A stretch of DNA of 64,000 nt from the human T2T-CHM13v2.0 reference genome, Homo sapiens. The position numbers and the translations under genes are program-made. This document shows, one piece after another, positions 26,590 through 40,634 of the stretch. The stretch lies in the NCBI RefSeq assembly GCF_009914755.1, contig NC_060934.1; one strand, 5' to 3'. The notes below the pieces were generated by a model. That model was given only the letters and a program-made list of their open reading frames with translations, searched no databases and was not told the origin of the DNA. Position 1 is the stretch's first letter. Each line of letters opens with the position of its first letter.

Positions 26590-27155
26590 AGAGAAGAATA
26601 TTTTATGACCCATGTATTTTATATTAAATTTAAATTGTAGGGTCCCAAAATACAGTTTTCCTGGGACACAGCCACACCCAATTGTTGACGTATGACCTAT
26701 AGCTGCTTTTCCTGCTACAAAAGAGAGTTGAGTTGCTGTGACAGAGATGGTACAGCCTGCTGAGTTTATTTGCATATTTATTTGTATTTTATTTATTTAT
26801 TTATCTTGAGGTGGAGTCTTGCTCTTTCGCCCAGGCTGGAGTGCAGTGACACTATCTCGACTCACTGCAACCTAGGTTCAAGCAATTCTCGTGCCTCAGC
26901 CTCCTGAGTAGCTGGGATTACAGGCATGTGCCGCCACACCCACCTAATTTTTGTATTTTTTGGTAGAGATGGGATTTCACCATTTTGGCCAGGCTGATCT
27001 CGAACTCCTGACTTCAACTGATCTGCCCACCTCGGCCTCCCAAAGTGCTGGGATTAGAGGAGTGAACCTCCCCACCCAGCCAGCCCCCTGAGTTTAAAAT
27101 GATTATTACTCAGCTGTGGTACAGAGCACAAAGAGTCAAAGTTTGCCAACCCCTG
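26590..27155. mobile_element. MER58-like (hAT-Charlie) element split by an Alu
   Basis: 'gggacacagccacaccca...gagagttgagttgctgtgacagag' and terminal 'aaagtttgccaacccctg'. Confidence 0.75.
26769..27081 (-). mobile_element. AluS
   Basis: Reverse Alu dimer; TSD-like agcc(tg/cc)ctgagttta on both sides; small deletion in the right arm. Confidence 0.93.
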
Positions 27156-27444
27156 TTCTAGTTTTAACACATCACCTGGAATGATCCTGCTCAAACAAAG
27201 TAAAAAATTATGACACTTCTGACACCCACTCATCACCCACCTCAAGAAAGAGACTGTTCTTACAGTGGCCTAGAAGTGAGATGACAGCATGCTTTTCTGT
27301 TCACCTTGGTTCATTTCTGAGGGCAAAAATGCAGATTTATCCATAGTTACTATTGAATAAGGCCATTATTCCCAGGCATGAACTGGGAATATGATCACCT
27401 TAACTCTACACTCCACATAATCTGGCACCACTAACTCTCAGATC

Positions 27445-27812
27445 TAGAATTAGCCTGCCTGGGCTGGTGTGACAACATACCACAGACTGGGTGGCTCAAG
27501 CAACAGGCATTAAGGCTCTCATGCTTCTAGAGTCTGGAAGTCCAAGATCAAGGTTCCTGCCTTTTCCTCTCCCTGGTGAGGGCTACATTCTTGACTTGCA
27601 AAAGGCCACCTGCTGGCTGCCAACTCACAGATGGCAGACAGAGGGAGCTCTCTGCTGACTCCTCTAATAAGGTACTCATGCATTCATGGTGCACAGCCTC
27701 ATAACCTTATCAAAACCTAATCACCTCCCAAGGTCTCACCTCCTGATACATTCCCATGGTGGTTGGTTAGGGCTTCCACAAAGGAATCTGAGGACTCACT
27801 TTGTCCATGGCA
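27445..27812 (-). mobile_element. MLT1A-like MaLR LTR
   Basis: 'aacataccacagactgggtggctcaagcaacag...ctggaagtccaagatcaagg...aatcacctcccaagg...gtccatggca'. Confidence 0.8.
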
Positions 27813-29639
27813 GGTCTCATCTCTGACCACTCTCCTCATTCACCACCTCAGTCTCACAGCCGTTTGTCTTCCCAAAACACCCTTGACATGCACCCTGCCA
27901 GAGCCAGCCGCTCCAAGTGCCTGCCCCATCCTGCGCCATGTGAGCCTCACTCCCTGGGGGCCTTCTCAAGTGCCAGCCTTCCTGGCCTTTTCTGTTCACC
28001 TCTACTCCACGGTGTGGACTCAGCTACACATTTCTAATAGTCCTTAGTCTTTTTCTTTTTTCCTGTAGCAATTATCACCCCTAACATACAATTTCCAGGC
28101 TGTCATAGCTGATTTTTCGCATATTTTCCTGAATGCTGTACACCCAGTCTTTAGAATAGCATCTAGAGCTATGTGGCTGCTCAAAATATATTTACCAAAG
28201 AAGAAAATTAACAGATGAATGAATGGGCCATGTTCAGGTCATTTTGGCAGAAGGAAAATAGCTGTTTATTAACTGCTCCTGTAGGATAGCTTACAAAGAA
28301 GCTATACCAGGAACATAATTGACTTTTCAATATTTATGTGTGTGGGTGGGGGAATAGCAGTGAGAAATGGGGAAAGAAAAAGGTGTTAGAAACAAAAAGA
28401 ATTGATAGTTTACATCTTCTAACATTTCAATAAATGTTGAGTTTAATTGTTAGCTGGACAGCTTTAAATAAAATTAGATCATTTTAGATATGCATGCTGT
28501 ATTGTGATCATCTTTTTCATTCTTTTCATTATATTCAAAAAATATTTCCATGTAAACCATCAACCCTAAAGCAACACTTTAAAAGGAGAGTGACCGCACC
28601 TTAATTCATTTATATCCTCTTCCAACATGCATGCTTATTATAAATAGTCCCAAATATATATACACAAAAATAAAATTAAAATGTGTCTGGGATAACAACA
28701 AATACATTCAGCCTTTCTCTTTATGTCGTCTTTAATTCAGAATCTCAGTTCTCTCCCTCTATAATTTCATGAGCATTTTGTTTATTTGGAAAAAATTATC
28801 AGTACATTTTATTTAGGAATGTAGATGAGAAATAATATGTCTTATCTACATAGGGCTTATTCCAAGAACTTAAGCATGTTTTAACATAAAAAGTATAGCA
28901 AACATAGTTATTATGTTAAAAGATTAATGGAAAATAGAGCTAGATTTTTCTTCATTTAATTTTTCCATGAATATATATGACATTTGTTTTACAAACATTG
29001 TATTGACTGAAAACTGATAATATCACATTAGCAAAATAACTTGCAATGTTCTGGATCCATTTCCCTTAAATCAGTTGCAGAATTAAGCAAAATTCTTCAG
29101 TGAAATGATGAATTCTTAATACAACTGAGTGTTGGCGGTTACAACTCTCAATGGAGCCCTAACTCTATGGTTGAAAAATTCAGTGAACTTTCGATTTCAG
29201 GTGGGTAGGGTCACAAAAGGCTCTTTATGCTTGATATTGAGGCTGGAAAATCATTCCTGCTTTTAGGGAAAATCTGATTATTTGTCTTATAATGTAGAGT
29301 TCTGTAACAAAATATAAATTTTAGGGTCAGGTCCTCATCAACATGCAGGCAAGGAATCTAAACTTCTCCATGTAGACAAGGGATGTGTCTGTTCATCATG
29401 GTGTTCCTGCCAATTGGAATAGTGCCTGGGACACGGAATCGTGTTATCATACGTGTTGAATGCATAGATAACCATACATGTTGAATGCACTGTTGGACAT
29501 CCATGAAATTCATGTTCTAGCATAATTTTCTATTGCTATGGTCTCAGGAGCATTACGTGGGGCTCATACTGAAGGGTCTCAGAGATTTTGAGCAGATTTC
29601 AGAGTAAGAGGGTGAAGGCCGGGTTTTTTAGAGAAGCAA

Positions 29640-29800
29640 AACAGTCTTCTGCAAATTGGGAGGAGATTCCTCACCAGATGCTGGGTCTGCTGGCACCTTG
29701 ACCTTGGGCTTCCCGCCTCCAGAATTGTGAAAAGTAAGTGTTTGTTGTTTTAAGCCACTCAGTTCATGGTAATGTTTTTACAGCAGCCTGAACTGACTTC
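29640..29800 (+). mobile_element. MLT1 LTR 3' fragment
   Basis: 'tctgctggcaccttgaccttgggcttcccgcctccagaattgtga...tttaagccactcagt...acagcagcctgaactgac'. Confidence 0.7.
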
Positions 29801-30305
29801 TCTCCTTAACTGAACTATGAACATCTTGAGGGAAGGCATTGCTTGTCATAACATTCAACGCCAAGCAAATGCCTGCTTTGCAAGTTTGTAAATAGCTTTG
29901 TTGATGACTACAAATGATATCAGAAGAATTTTGGAAGGGGAGAAGCTAATGAACAATAAATCATGGGACTATCACCTTTAACCTTTTAAATGAGCCAGTA
30001 GGTAGGGTTGGTAACATTGTAATGCACAAAACAAATGCATTTCAATATGTCATGATGAAGAAAAGATTACTTAGATAATTGAAAAGAAAAATAAAGCAAG
30101 ATAATCAAGGCTACATTAGGTACCATGATTATGTGCAAACAACACATAGAGAAGTTGGCAGTATCTGTTAAATATAAATTTAATTAATCCAGATGGCTAA
30201 TTTCATAGACTGAAAGATCTAAGTATTTTTCTTTTCTTCTTGACCAAAATTATCTGATAGCTTGTGCTCTGAAAGCTCAATAAAATAACACATTAATATT
30301 AAATT

Positions 30306-30608
30306 CGCTGAGTGCAGTGGCTCATGCTTGTAATTCCAGAATTTTGGGAGGTCAATGTGGGATGATAACTTGAGCCCAGGAGTTTGCGACCAGCCTTGGC
30401 AACAGAGTGAAACCCCGTCTCTACAAAACGCAAAAATAACACAGTGAGACCCCATTTCTACAAAAAGCAAAAATAAAAAAGTAGCCAGGACTGTGTTTCC
30501 AGTTACTTGGGAGGCTGAGCTGGAAGGTTTGCTTAAGCCCAGGAGGTCCAGGCTGCAGTAAGCCCTGATTGTACCACTGCAACAGAGCAATACCCTTTCT
30601 CAAAAAAT
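30306..30608 (+). mobile_element. AluJ with an internal duplication and deletions
   Basis: Diverged Alu; the end of the left arm is duplicated (acagagtgaaaccccgtctctacaaaacgcaaaaataa / acacagtgagaccccatttctacaaaaagcaaaaataa). Confidence 0.85.
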
Positions 30609-31187
30609 ATACTAGGTTCTAGTTTATATTAACATGCTGTGAAAAACAAACACATGCAATACTATAAGTAGACTTTAAAACAATTCATCCCTCGGATACA
30701 TTTATTTTGATAGAAATGAGTTATTGACAGAAAACAGCTAGAGTAGAAAATGTCATTCTAGACTTCGTAGGTGACTGGTTTGATAGTAGCCAGATTTGGA
30801 GAGGTAAGAAAATTGATGAAAATCCATGAACAGATATGAATAAATTGTTCAAAACATTAAAAAAATTTGAGTTATTTCCATGGGGCTTTTTGGGTAGACA
30901 AGCATAAAAGGGGTAGAGTAGAAATTCTTCTCTCCCCATGACTACATGGATTTGTGCTTTTTGCTTCCTCTCTGTCTCAGCAGCACTTTGAAGACACATG
31001 ACCTGCTTTCCGAGATTAGAGACATGTGATGATAATATGTGTGATTACTCTTTTACGACAGAGCTTCAAAGTCATAGGAAGGCTTAGAAATAAGAGTAAA
31101 ACAGCCGTGCTAATTTTACTTGGCAGAATTATTTAACCACTTATGGAGTAATCTGATGTCCAATAAGTATGAGAAAGTGAATGGAAA

Positions 31188-31511
<324 letters not shown>

Positions 31512-33169
31512 TTAACCCCACTGTGAGGCACTGGCTGTGCCCTCTGAGGTCACGGGTGGTGGCCACCATCACAAGCACCCAGAACCACTGAGCCCTATGA
31601 CTGTAGCACCAGGGAGTCTCACCTGTGCCTCCTTCCATTTCCACAGCGCTTCTTGTCATTCTGTGTCTGTTCCTCATTCTTTTCTTAATACAAACACCTA
31701 CAGACTATTGTAATGCACGTTGCTATTTTCTTTCTCTGACATCTTTCATACTGTTATCAAAATTAATTTTCCAAAAAATAGTTTTTTTTTCTCTTCCTCA
31801 CCAAATCTGCTATTGCACTTATATTGCAAGAGGAGGTCTAATGCATTCAGTGTGTTGTTGAAGACCCCATGTGAGCTGGTCCCAGAGGACTTTCTCTCCA
31901 GGAATACTGGGCCCCGCACCTTTCCTGTTCCTACGATTTTCACACTCCTTCCCCCCGTCTCGAATGCCTTTGTTATACATTCTCCTTCTCACACTTCAGA
32001 TGTTCTTTGTAAATTGAAAACCTTCTCATTCAGCTACATGTGAACAATGAGTTACAGAGAAAGCATGAGATGTAATTCTACACACTGAGAGTTGTATACA
32101 ACTAAAGCCAATCATCTTCTACTTCACTCTGAAGTGGTAAAATGTAACCCCTTCCTGACCTTCCTTTATTATATGTAGTATGTAAGTGCTCTGAAACTCA
32201 TTATATAAAAATTATTATTATGGCTATATTTATCCTGAGAATTACCATTTTCTCTGGTTTTCTCTCTTGCAGTTCAGAAGCCAATTACTGTTAAACAATT
32301 AAAAGCAATTAATGAGTTTTGGGACGAAGTGACTATCACTGAAATGCTGCAGAATTTTACCCACTGTTCCAGAAAATGCAGGGCCTGGCAGACCAGGGGC
32401 AAAAGCTGCTGCAATGACTGTAGAAAAGAGATTCTGGGATGGGACCCACTGAATCTAGTCATACAAAGAGATTGCTTTTCACCCTTCATTGTGGAAAAGT
32501 GAATGCCACAGCACACTGCAAAGAATAGAGCTTATTATCTCCAAATACCATTTGAAAATAAGTGATCAGTGCTGGAGAGTCATTAAATATACACAGTTGG
32601 AATATTGAGCTTTTAATCTATGGGAGCGACTTGGAATATATTGCCTCATTATTTTATTTTATGGCTCAAGACATAACTTGCATTATGTTTCAGTGAACAA
32701 TGAGTATCAAACCCTGAAAAAATTACCTCATTTCTTTTTTATGCTTTCTCACTATAGGCAAATGCATTACAAACTCTAATTTATTCTGACCCAGAAATTG
32801 CTCTGTGGCACATTTCTGCAGGCTGCTGTGTGCATAAAACAGGGAGTCACTCAGCATAGGATTATTATTATTTTCTTATTTTTTTCAAATTGTTTATATT
32901 TCCAAAAGTCAAAGTCAGATTAGCTATTATAGTCAACTTTCAATATAATGTTTTCCAGAAGATAACACCATTACCTAGGATTAGTGCCATTCTATAACGC
33001 CTGAGAATAAGAACAACTAGCACCCACATTATCAAGAAAACAACTACGAAATACATGTACCTTAGTCATAGAATTTGATCCTGCATATCCGGATTTGTTC
33101 TGAGGTGCACAGTGTGTGAAATACAGTAGCAGAGAGAGATCTCTATTTCCTAACAGGATGGAGGGCCGG

Positions 33170-33324
33170 GGGGAAGCGGAAATGAAATGCAGTGAATGAG
33201 TGACAGCCGGGGAAGTGGAAATGAAGTGCAGTGAATGAGTGACAGCCGGGGAAGCGGAAATGAAGTGTAGTGAATGAGTGACAGCCGGGGAAGCGGAAAT
33301 GAAGTGTAGTGAATGAGTGACAGC
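33170..33324. repeat. Minisatellite, 39-bp unit x4
   Basis: Unit ggggaag(c/t)ggaaatgaa(a/g)tg(c/t)agtgaatgagtgacagcc starting at 33170, 33209, 33248 and 33287. Confidence 0.95.
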
Positions 33325-33419
33325 AGGAGTTACTTTCTTTGATCATCAGCACCTGCACATTTGTCTCCATTCATGAAACACTTTGCTCCTGTCGTTGGAT
33401 ATTAGATTGCAGCTCCTAG

Positions 33420-34090
<671 letters not shown>

Positions 34091-35680
34091 GAAGTAAAAA
34101 AAGACTGGTTTGAAAATAAACAGTTTATAATCACCCCCCTGCCCCCACCCCAGACACACGCGTTCATTCTCTCCGTCCCCAACACACACATGAAGAAGGG
34201 AGACCGACACCAACTGCCAGGACCCAGAAGAAGACAAAGGCCCATCTGCCAATCTTCTTCTTCTTCTCTTGAATTTTTCTCATCCTTCCTAGGTCTCCTC
34301 TGTGGTGCAAACAAAAGCGACACACACATTTCCACTGTAGTTCTCAAATTATGCTCCTGTGGCTCATGGATTTCTAAGAGCTAGTCTGAGAGTGTCCTGC
34401 TACTGAATTGAATAACAGTCCTCTTTTTCACATTGCACAGAATATTTAATGGGGGATATTTTCTTCATTCTATATTTCTTTCTTCTTGTAAAATTTTCTT
34501 CATCTCTATTATCTTTGAGCTTTTACCAAAAAATAAAATTAGCGAGCACATAGGAAATTCATAGTAGAGAAAAACAACTGAACTGCCAGTCACATAGAGG
34601 TTGTGGCTCTCTTGTTTACAGGTAAACCTGTTAGTCATTGATTAATGGTTACCAAGATATCATGACAGACTGCCACAGTGCAGGGTGCTCTTTACAGGGT
34701 GGAATGTTCTAACAAGTCTTTGGGGTTTAGTTTCCCGGGAATCTGAGCAGTTTGAAACCTTTGGCCCCAGGAAATGGCTGCGTTCTGTAAAATGGGAAAA
34801 ACTACGTTGTGACAATTGTGTATTCCAGACCACAGCAAATTGGGTATATTTCATTTCTTCAGCAGAAGGTATTTTGATCACTAACCCCAAGTGCTCTGCA
34901 GGAAAGAGAGACTGTGCTGGTCTGCTTTCGATGAGGGGATCTCACCCTAAGGCTTTTTACTGTGGGCTGAGGGATGCTGAGTGGAATAAAACAGACTAGC
35001 AGACAAAATGAAGGGGCTGGCTGTCTTTTATTTACTTCTTGCTTTAATTTTTCAAAATACCTTAACATTTTAATATTCTGGAACAGTTTCATACCAACCC
35101 TGTTTTATAGACCAGGAAATGAACATCAAGAATAATTAGACAAACAGCCCAAATATATCCATGTATTTAGCTTTGGGCCAACACTATGCCTCCAAACTAA
35201 AACTTCTGATCGATCACAGCCTCAAGACTTATAATCCATTCTCTAAATTAAAAGAAAAAAAATCATTGAACAACATCTGTTCAATGCCACACACCTAGGA
35301 CTAAGCATATAATTTTGACGAAGGCTAAGAGATGCCTTCTGCCTTGAATCATGGGATGTTAAGCAGTTATTTATGATAAAAGTATTTAATGATTTTACCA
35401 AAAGAATTTTACCTGGGAGTTTTCATAGGTCTTGGTGGGTTTATCCTTCTTTCTGAACCCAGGAGACATGAGTTACTTGACCTGCTACCAACGCAGAGAG
35501 GCAAATACATCCGGGCATCCTCACTGGGAGCTCATTAGGATGGAAGTGATTAATGCGGACGGAAACAGACAGAAAAAAGGAAGGGGAGGTGGACAGCAGG
35601 GGTTGACGGGGGAGGGGTGAGCTAGTAAGGCGTGGGGCTGCTCATTGCAGAAAGGAAATTTCATCTCGGTGACACAGTGT

Positions 35681-35775
35681 ATGTCTATATCTGTATATCT
35701 ATATACATAGATATAGATGTAGATATATATACAGATATAGATAGATACAGATATAGAGATAAATAGATAGATAAG
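35681..35775. repeat. Degenerate (TATC)/(GATA)/(TA) microsatellite with inverted halves
   Basis: tctatatctgtatat followed by atatacagatataga (its reverse complement), then a (GATA)-like run. Confidence 0.8.
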
Positions 35776-36981
35776 CAAAAAAGAAAAGGCAGGTTATTAA
35801 AAATCCAAAGCCTGCTGCTCCCAAAGGAGCCTTGAAATCGTCAAAACTAGTTTTTAATTTTGAGTTTAGGTGAGTGAGAATCAGACGAAAGGCCCGTGTG
35901 GGGTGACTTCAAAGCGGCTATCTTCTCTGTCGAGGAGGAAAATGTGATCTCATCCCTTATTTACAGGATCAGCATCAACTGGGCCTGGCTTCTGGTGTTA
36001 TCAGTGCAACTCTCTGCCTCCTCTCCGTTCCTGAGCTCTGTGAGGCCGCCTCCTGCTCCTTTCATCTCTCCCTGCGCCCTCCTCATCTGTATCCGATTTT
36101 GCCGTCTGAGGGTATGAAAAGGGATTTGTGAAGTGATACTGAAAGTTGAAACCACAGCCCACAGAGCCTCCTTGTCACCGGACGTGTGTTTGGCCATTGA
36201 AGATACGGATGCCACCCTCGGGCTGCAAAGGCACAGCTGTCGTGCGGGCCCAGCTCAGGCCGGGTTTTCTAGAATCTAAATCTTGCCTCAAATTTGGTAA
36301 ATGTCACTTCGACATTTAAGTCAGATACCTAAATTCTTTGTATTTTTTTCTCCCTGTGGAGGTTCTCTCATTAAGCAAACTTTTAAACTTTCCATTTTGT
36401 GTGTGTGTGTGTGATTTCACAATTGCAGGGAACCCTGCCTGCTTCCTGATGTCTGCTGTGTACATGGGGGCTGAGATGTGGGCATTGCCCGAGGTCTGCC
36501 TGGGACAAACGCAGGGAAACTGTGCATGGCACCTCCTGGGTAAATGGACACTCACCCAGCTCCTGAGGTCTGCTGTCCCGAGGGATACTGCCCGGCCACT
36601 TAAGACCTGGCATCCCATGTCCATGTCAGAGCCATGGGCAAGCACCTGTGTGAGTCAGACTACCCAGCCAAAGCCCTGCTCCATGACCTGCCCTCCAGGT
36701 GATGGAGGGTGTCTGCTCCACCTGTCTGTGGGTGTCTCCTCAACAGCACAAATATGTCTACAGATAGGACCCCCTTGTAGCACCGATTTTAGGTTTAAAT
36801 GAGAGAATGTCGAGTCTCATCTAGTCTAGCGCCACAGCCCACGTGAATCCTGAAAAACTGACAGGTGTCCTTATGTGATCCTGAGAAGACCCTAGGACCG
36901 AATCATTATGTTCCTTATAGAGCACCAGACCACATCCATCCATGGTCCTCATGCCACACTGAAGGCTTGGGACTGGACTGG

Positions 36982-37364
36982 TGATATGCTTTGGCTGTGT
37001 CTCCACCCAGACCCTATGTTGAACTGTAGCTTCCATATTCCTCACGTGTTGTGAGAGGGACCTGGTGGAAGGTCACTGAATCATGGGGGCGGTTACCCTC
37101 ATGCTGTTCTTGGGATAGTGAGTAAGTTCTTAGGAGATTTGATTCCTTTTTAAGGGGCTTTCCCTGCTTTTGCTCATTCTTCCCCTTCCTGCCACCACGT
37201 AAGATGTGCCTTTACTCCTTCTTTGCCTTCCGCCATGATTGTGAGGCCTCTCTAGCCATGTAAGACTGTGAGATTATTAAACATCTTTTTAATAAACATC
37301 TTTTTCTTCATAAAGTACCCAATCTGGGTATTTCTTCAAGGCAGTGTGAAAATGGACTAATACC
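36982..37364 (+). mobile_element. THE1C/D-like MaLR solo LTR
   Basis: 'tgatatgctttggctgtgtctccaccc...gccttccgccatgattgtgaggcctc...aatggactaatac'. Confidence 0.9.
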
Positions 37365-37844
37365 ATGGGTAGACAGATTGCAGGTGAGCCCCACTCTAAA
37401 GATGACAGTCTGTGGCTATCTTGTACTTTAAGCAAGGGTGGCACACACAGACCTGATGCTGCCACTGTGATGAGAGCTGGAGGGAGGCCTCCTGGAAGGA
37501 GGATTCTGCCTGAGCCAGGAGCTACGGGTGCCACCCCTCATGCCTGTCCCCAGCACCGCCTCAGTCACAAAGCTATGCAGTAGCATCTTCTGGGCCTGAC
37601 TCTGGTCTCCTGACTCCTACCTCGGCACTTCTCTAACCATGCCAGTGTCAGGGGTAATCCTCCGGGAAATGGTAACTTTCATGAGATGCAATGCTGAAGC
37701 GAGTGTTCTGAAAACCCTCTCTGCATGGCAGAAGCACCCTCTGCTCCCAGATATTTTTCCTGCACTGTGTCCCCCGCAAAGCAGCTGCACAATGATGCCT
37801 GTGTGAATTCCCTTCTTCTTAGGATGCTGACTCTTAACCATTTT

Positions 37845-38570
37845 AATAAGGTATAGTTTATCCTATCAAATTTACCATAGTAAGTGTACAATTCAACGAT
37901 TCTTTAGAAAACTTGCAAAATTGTCCAGCTACCACCAAAATCCAGTTTTGAAACATTTCTATTATCCCCCTAATCCCTTCAAGCCCATTTATAGCCCATC
38001 TCCCCTCCCTTCTCCAGCCCCATGCGAGCACTGAGTGGTGTTTTGTGTCTCAATTTATCCATATCTATTCTGTGTCTAGTCTATAGGAGGAATTGTATAA
38101 TGTGTAGCCATGTGTGTCTGGCTTCTTTTACTTAGCATATTTCTGAGATTTATCCACGTTATAGCTGTATCAGTATTTCATTCCTTTTTATTGTTTAATA
38201 GTTTTCCACTGCAAGAAAATATCACACTTTGTCTATCTAGTCATCAGTGTATGAACATTTGGGTTATCTGAAGGATTTGGCCATTGTGAATATTGGTGCT
38301 TTCAACATCTGCAGACCTCTGTGTGGACAGATTTTGTAAAACTTCAGTTTGGTAGATACCTAAGAGTAGAACTTCGGATTGTATGTTGAGCTAATGTTTA
38401 ACTCTTTAAGTAGCTGGGAAGCCCCTTTCTGAGTGGCTGTACCGCCCAGATTCCCACCACCCACAGGTGAGATTCCTGCTCCTCCACATTCTCACCCACA
38501 ATTGGCGTTTTGTGTCTTTTCAATGATTCTGCCAGGCATATGTCATTCTTCCTTATGGTTTTAGTCTGCT
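37845..38570 (-). mobile_element. Old L1 (L1MB/ME-like) 3' end
   Basis: 'gtgtctggcttcttttacttagcatat...ttcattcctttttattgtttaatagt...gtagatacctaagagtaga...ctccacattctcacc'. Confidence 0.8.
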
Positions 38571-38957
38571 CACTGAATTTTCACATGCAGCCCTTTTCTA
38601 CTTTGGAAATCTGTAGGTGAAACAGCTCTAACTTATTCCTTGATTTAAAGCAAGTTGGTTGTCCTCAAAACTTCAGCTCTTGAATAGGTTCGAGAAAATC
38701 CAGAAACTCATCACTCAGCCCTCTTTCACTGTAGGCTTCCAAAGGGTGCTCCTCCTAGCTCTCTGCATCCCCAAGCAGAAACCGGAAACATTTGTCATCT
38801 GTTTGTACCTCAAAAACATTCATTGCTTCACTGCAAAAAGATCTTGAAAGGATTTATCATGAAGAACAAAAAACCCAGTAAAATAGTATTAATTTTAATA
38901 TTGACAACAACATTTTAGTTGACTACTTAATATTGATTTAGCATTTTCTCTTACTAG

Positions 38958-39284
<327 letters not shown>

Positions 39285-40634
39285 TACATAGCTAATTTTA
39301 AAAAAACACAATGAGATAGGTGACGTTATTATTTTTTATTTTTGCAACTTATAAAATTAAGAGCCAGAGTCTTCAGTTCATCAGGTTAGAAACCAAAATA
39401 AATAAAACATATGGTACTATAAATTATTAAATATTATTTCAATTGATGTAGGCTATATAATTGAATGTATATCTTTACACAAAATGAATTTGTTTAATCT
39501 ACTCTGTGATTCTAATATTTGTGGGACACAGTTTAGAATAACTTCAGACCCTTATGGATGAAACAAAGGGGGTTACACTTATCATAGTACCAGATGCCTA
39601 GTTACAAGTTTCCTAAATAAAAGCTTCTAAGGAAAGATAACCAAGAATGCCATTATTTTAAGAAACCAATGTAATTGATTATTATGCAAATAAATAATAT
39701 GTTTGCTCTAAGAGAATACCTATAACAATACCTTATTAATTAAAATATGACAACATCCCAAATACAAGTTTCTGAAAATTATATTATTTAAGTTATTAAT
39801 GAGAGCTAAGATTATATTGGGAGAAGCGCACTAAAAGCTACAACCTAATCCTAGCAAATGCAAACATTTAGAAAGAAAAGAAAGTCTGTATTTCAGTATT
39901 GAAAGTATTGAGAGAGTGTAAACTTTGAGTGTTGCAGTGACAATTGCGTTTTACATAATTTAAACATGTAACTCATTTATTAGAGGAGCCTAGAGACCAA
40001 ACCCAGCTTATTCAAAACAAACAACTTAATTAGGGGCTAGTAATAATTTACTATAATTGGCATATAAACACCCCCCTGACAAATGTTGACTTTTATCAGT
40101 TTGATCACAAGATAAAATTAAGTACCAAGCACTGGTGATTAATTAAGTTTGTTACTTCTTAGCATAATTGAAGAGAAGGGATCTATTTGATGCTTACTTT
40201 TAGCAAGAAAATTCAGTTTCTTCAATATGTCAAAATAGGCATTTGGGTGAGTCAACAGATTTGTATTCAGCTGTTCTGTTCCAACCCAAAAGAGGAATAT
40301 TTGCAGGAGGTGACATACTATGGGATGCCATGACATGAATTTCGAAAGCCTTGTTGCAGCAGACAGAGGGCCCCTCTACACACTTGCACCGTCCTTCCTG
40401 GCTACTACGATCCACCCTGCTTCAAGGTAGTAAGTAGTGCCTGTGTGTGTGAATGGGTGAGTGTTCTCTCCAATTTTGCCTCTTTTCGGATGGAAACTAT
40501 TTCTCAGATTGCCTTGCTTGCCTCTAGATCTAGTGATCCATTCTAGCTGAAAACTGCAAGGAGTTGTGCTCCCAAGGAGCTGCCACATAACCTCTGCTTG
40601 CCTGAGTGTAGGCATGCCCAGTGTTCTCGAAATG

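Larger units (their letters stand above)
25700..28230 (+). mobile_element. Fragmented L2 LINE hosting MER58, Alu and MLT1 insertions
   Basis: L2-type 'atccaactacctacttcccatctccacctggatatc' and 3' end 'cccagtctttagaatagcatctag...atgaatgaat'. Confidence 0.6.

Noticed and set aside
33170-33324. CRISPR-like array
   Set aside because: Head-to-tail units with no unique spacers, no cas genes, and primate DNA.
33143-33370. ORF with a repeated FPGCHSFTTLHFR peptide (Cys/His, metal-binding look)
   Set aside because: In-frame translation of the 39-bp minisatellite (39 = 13 codons); no gene context.
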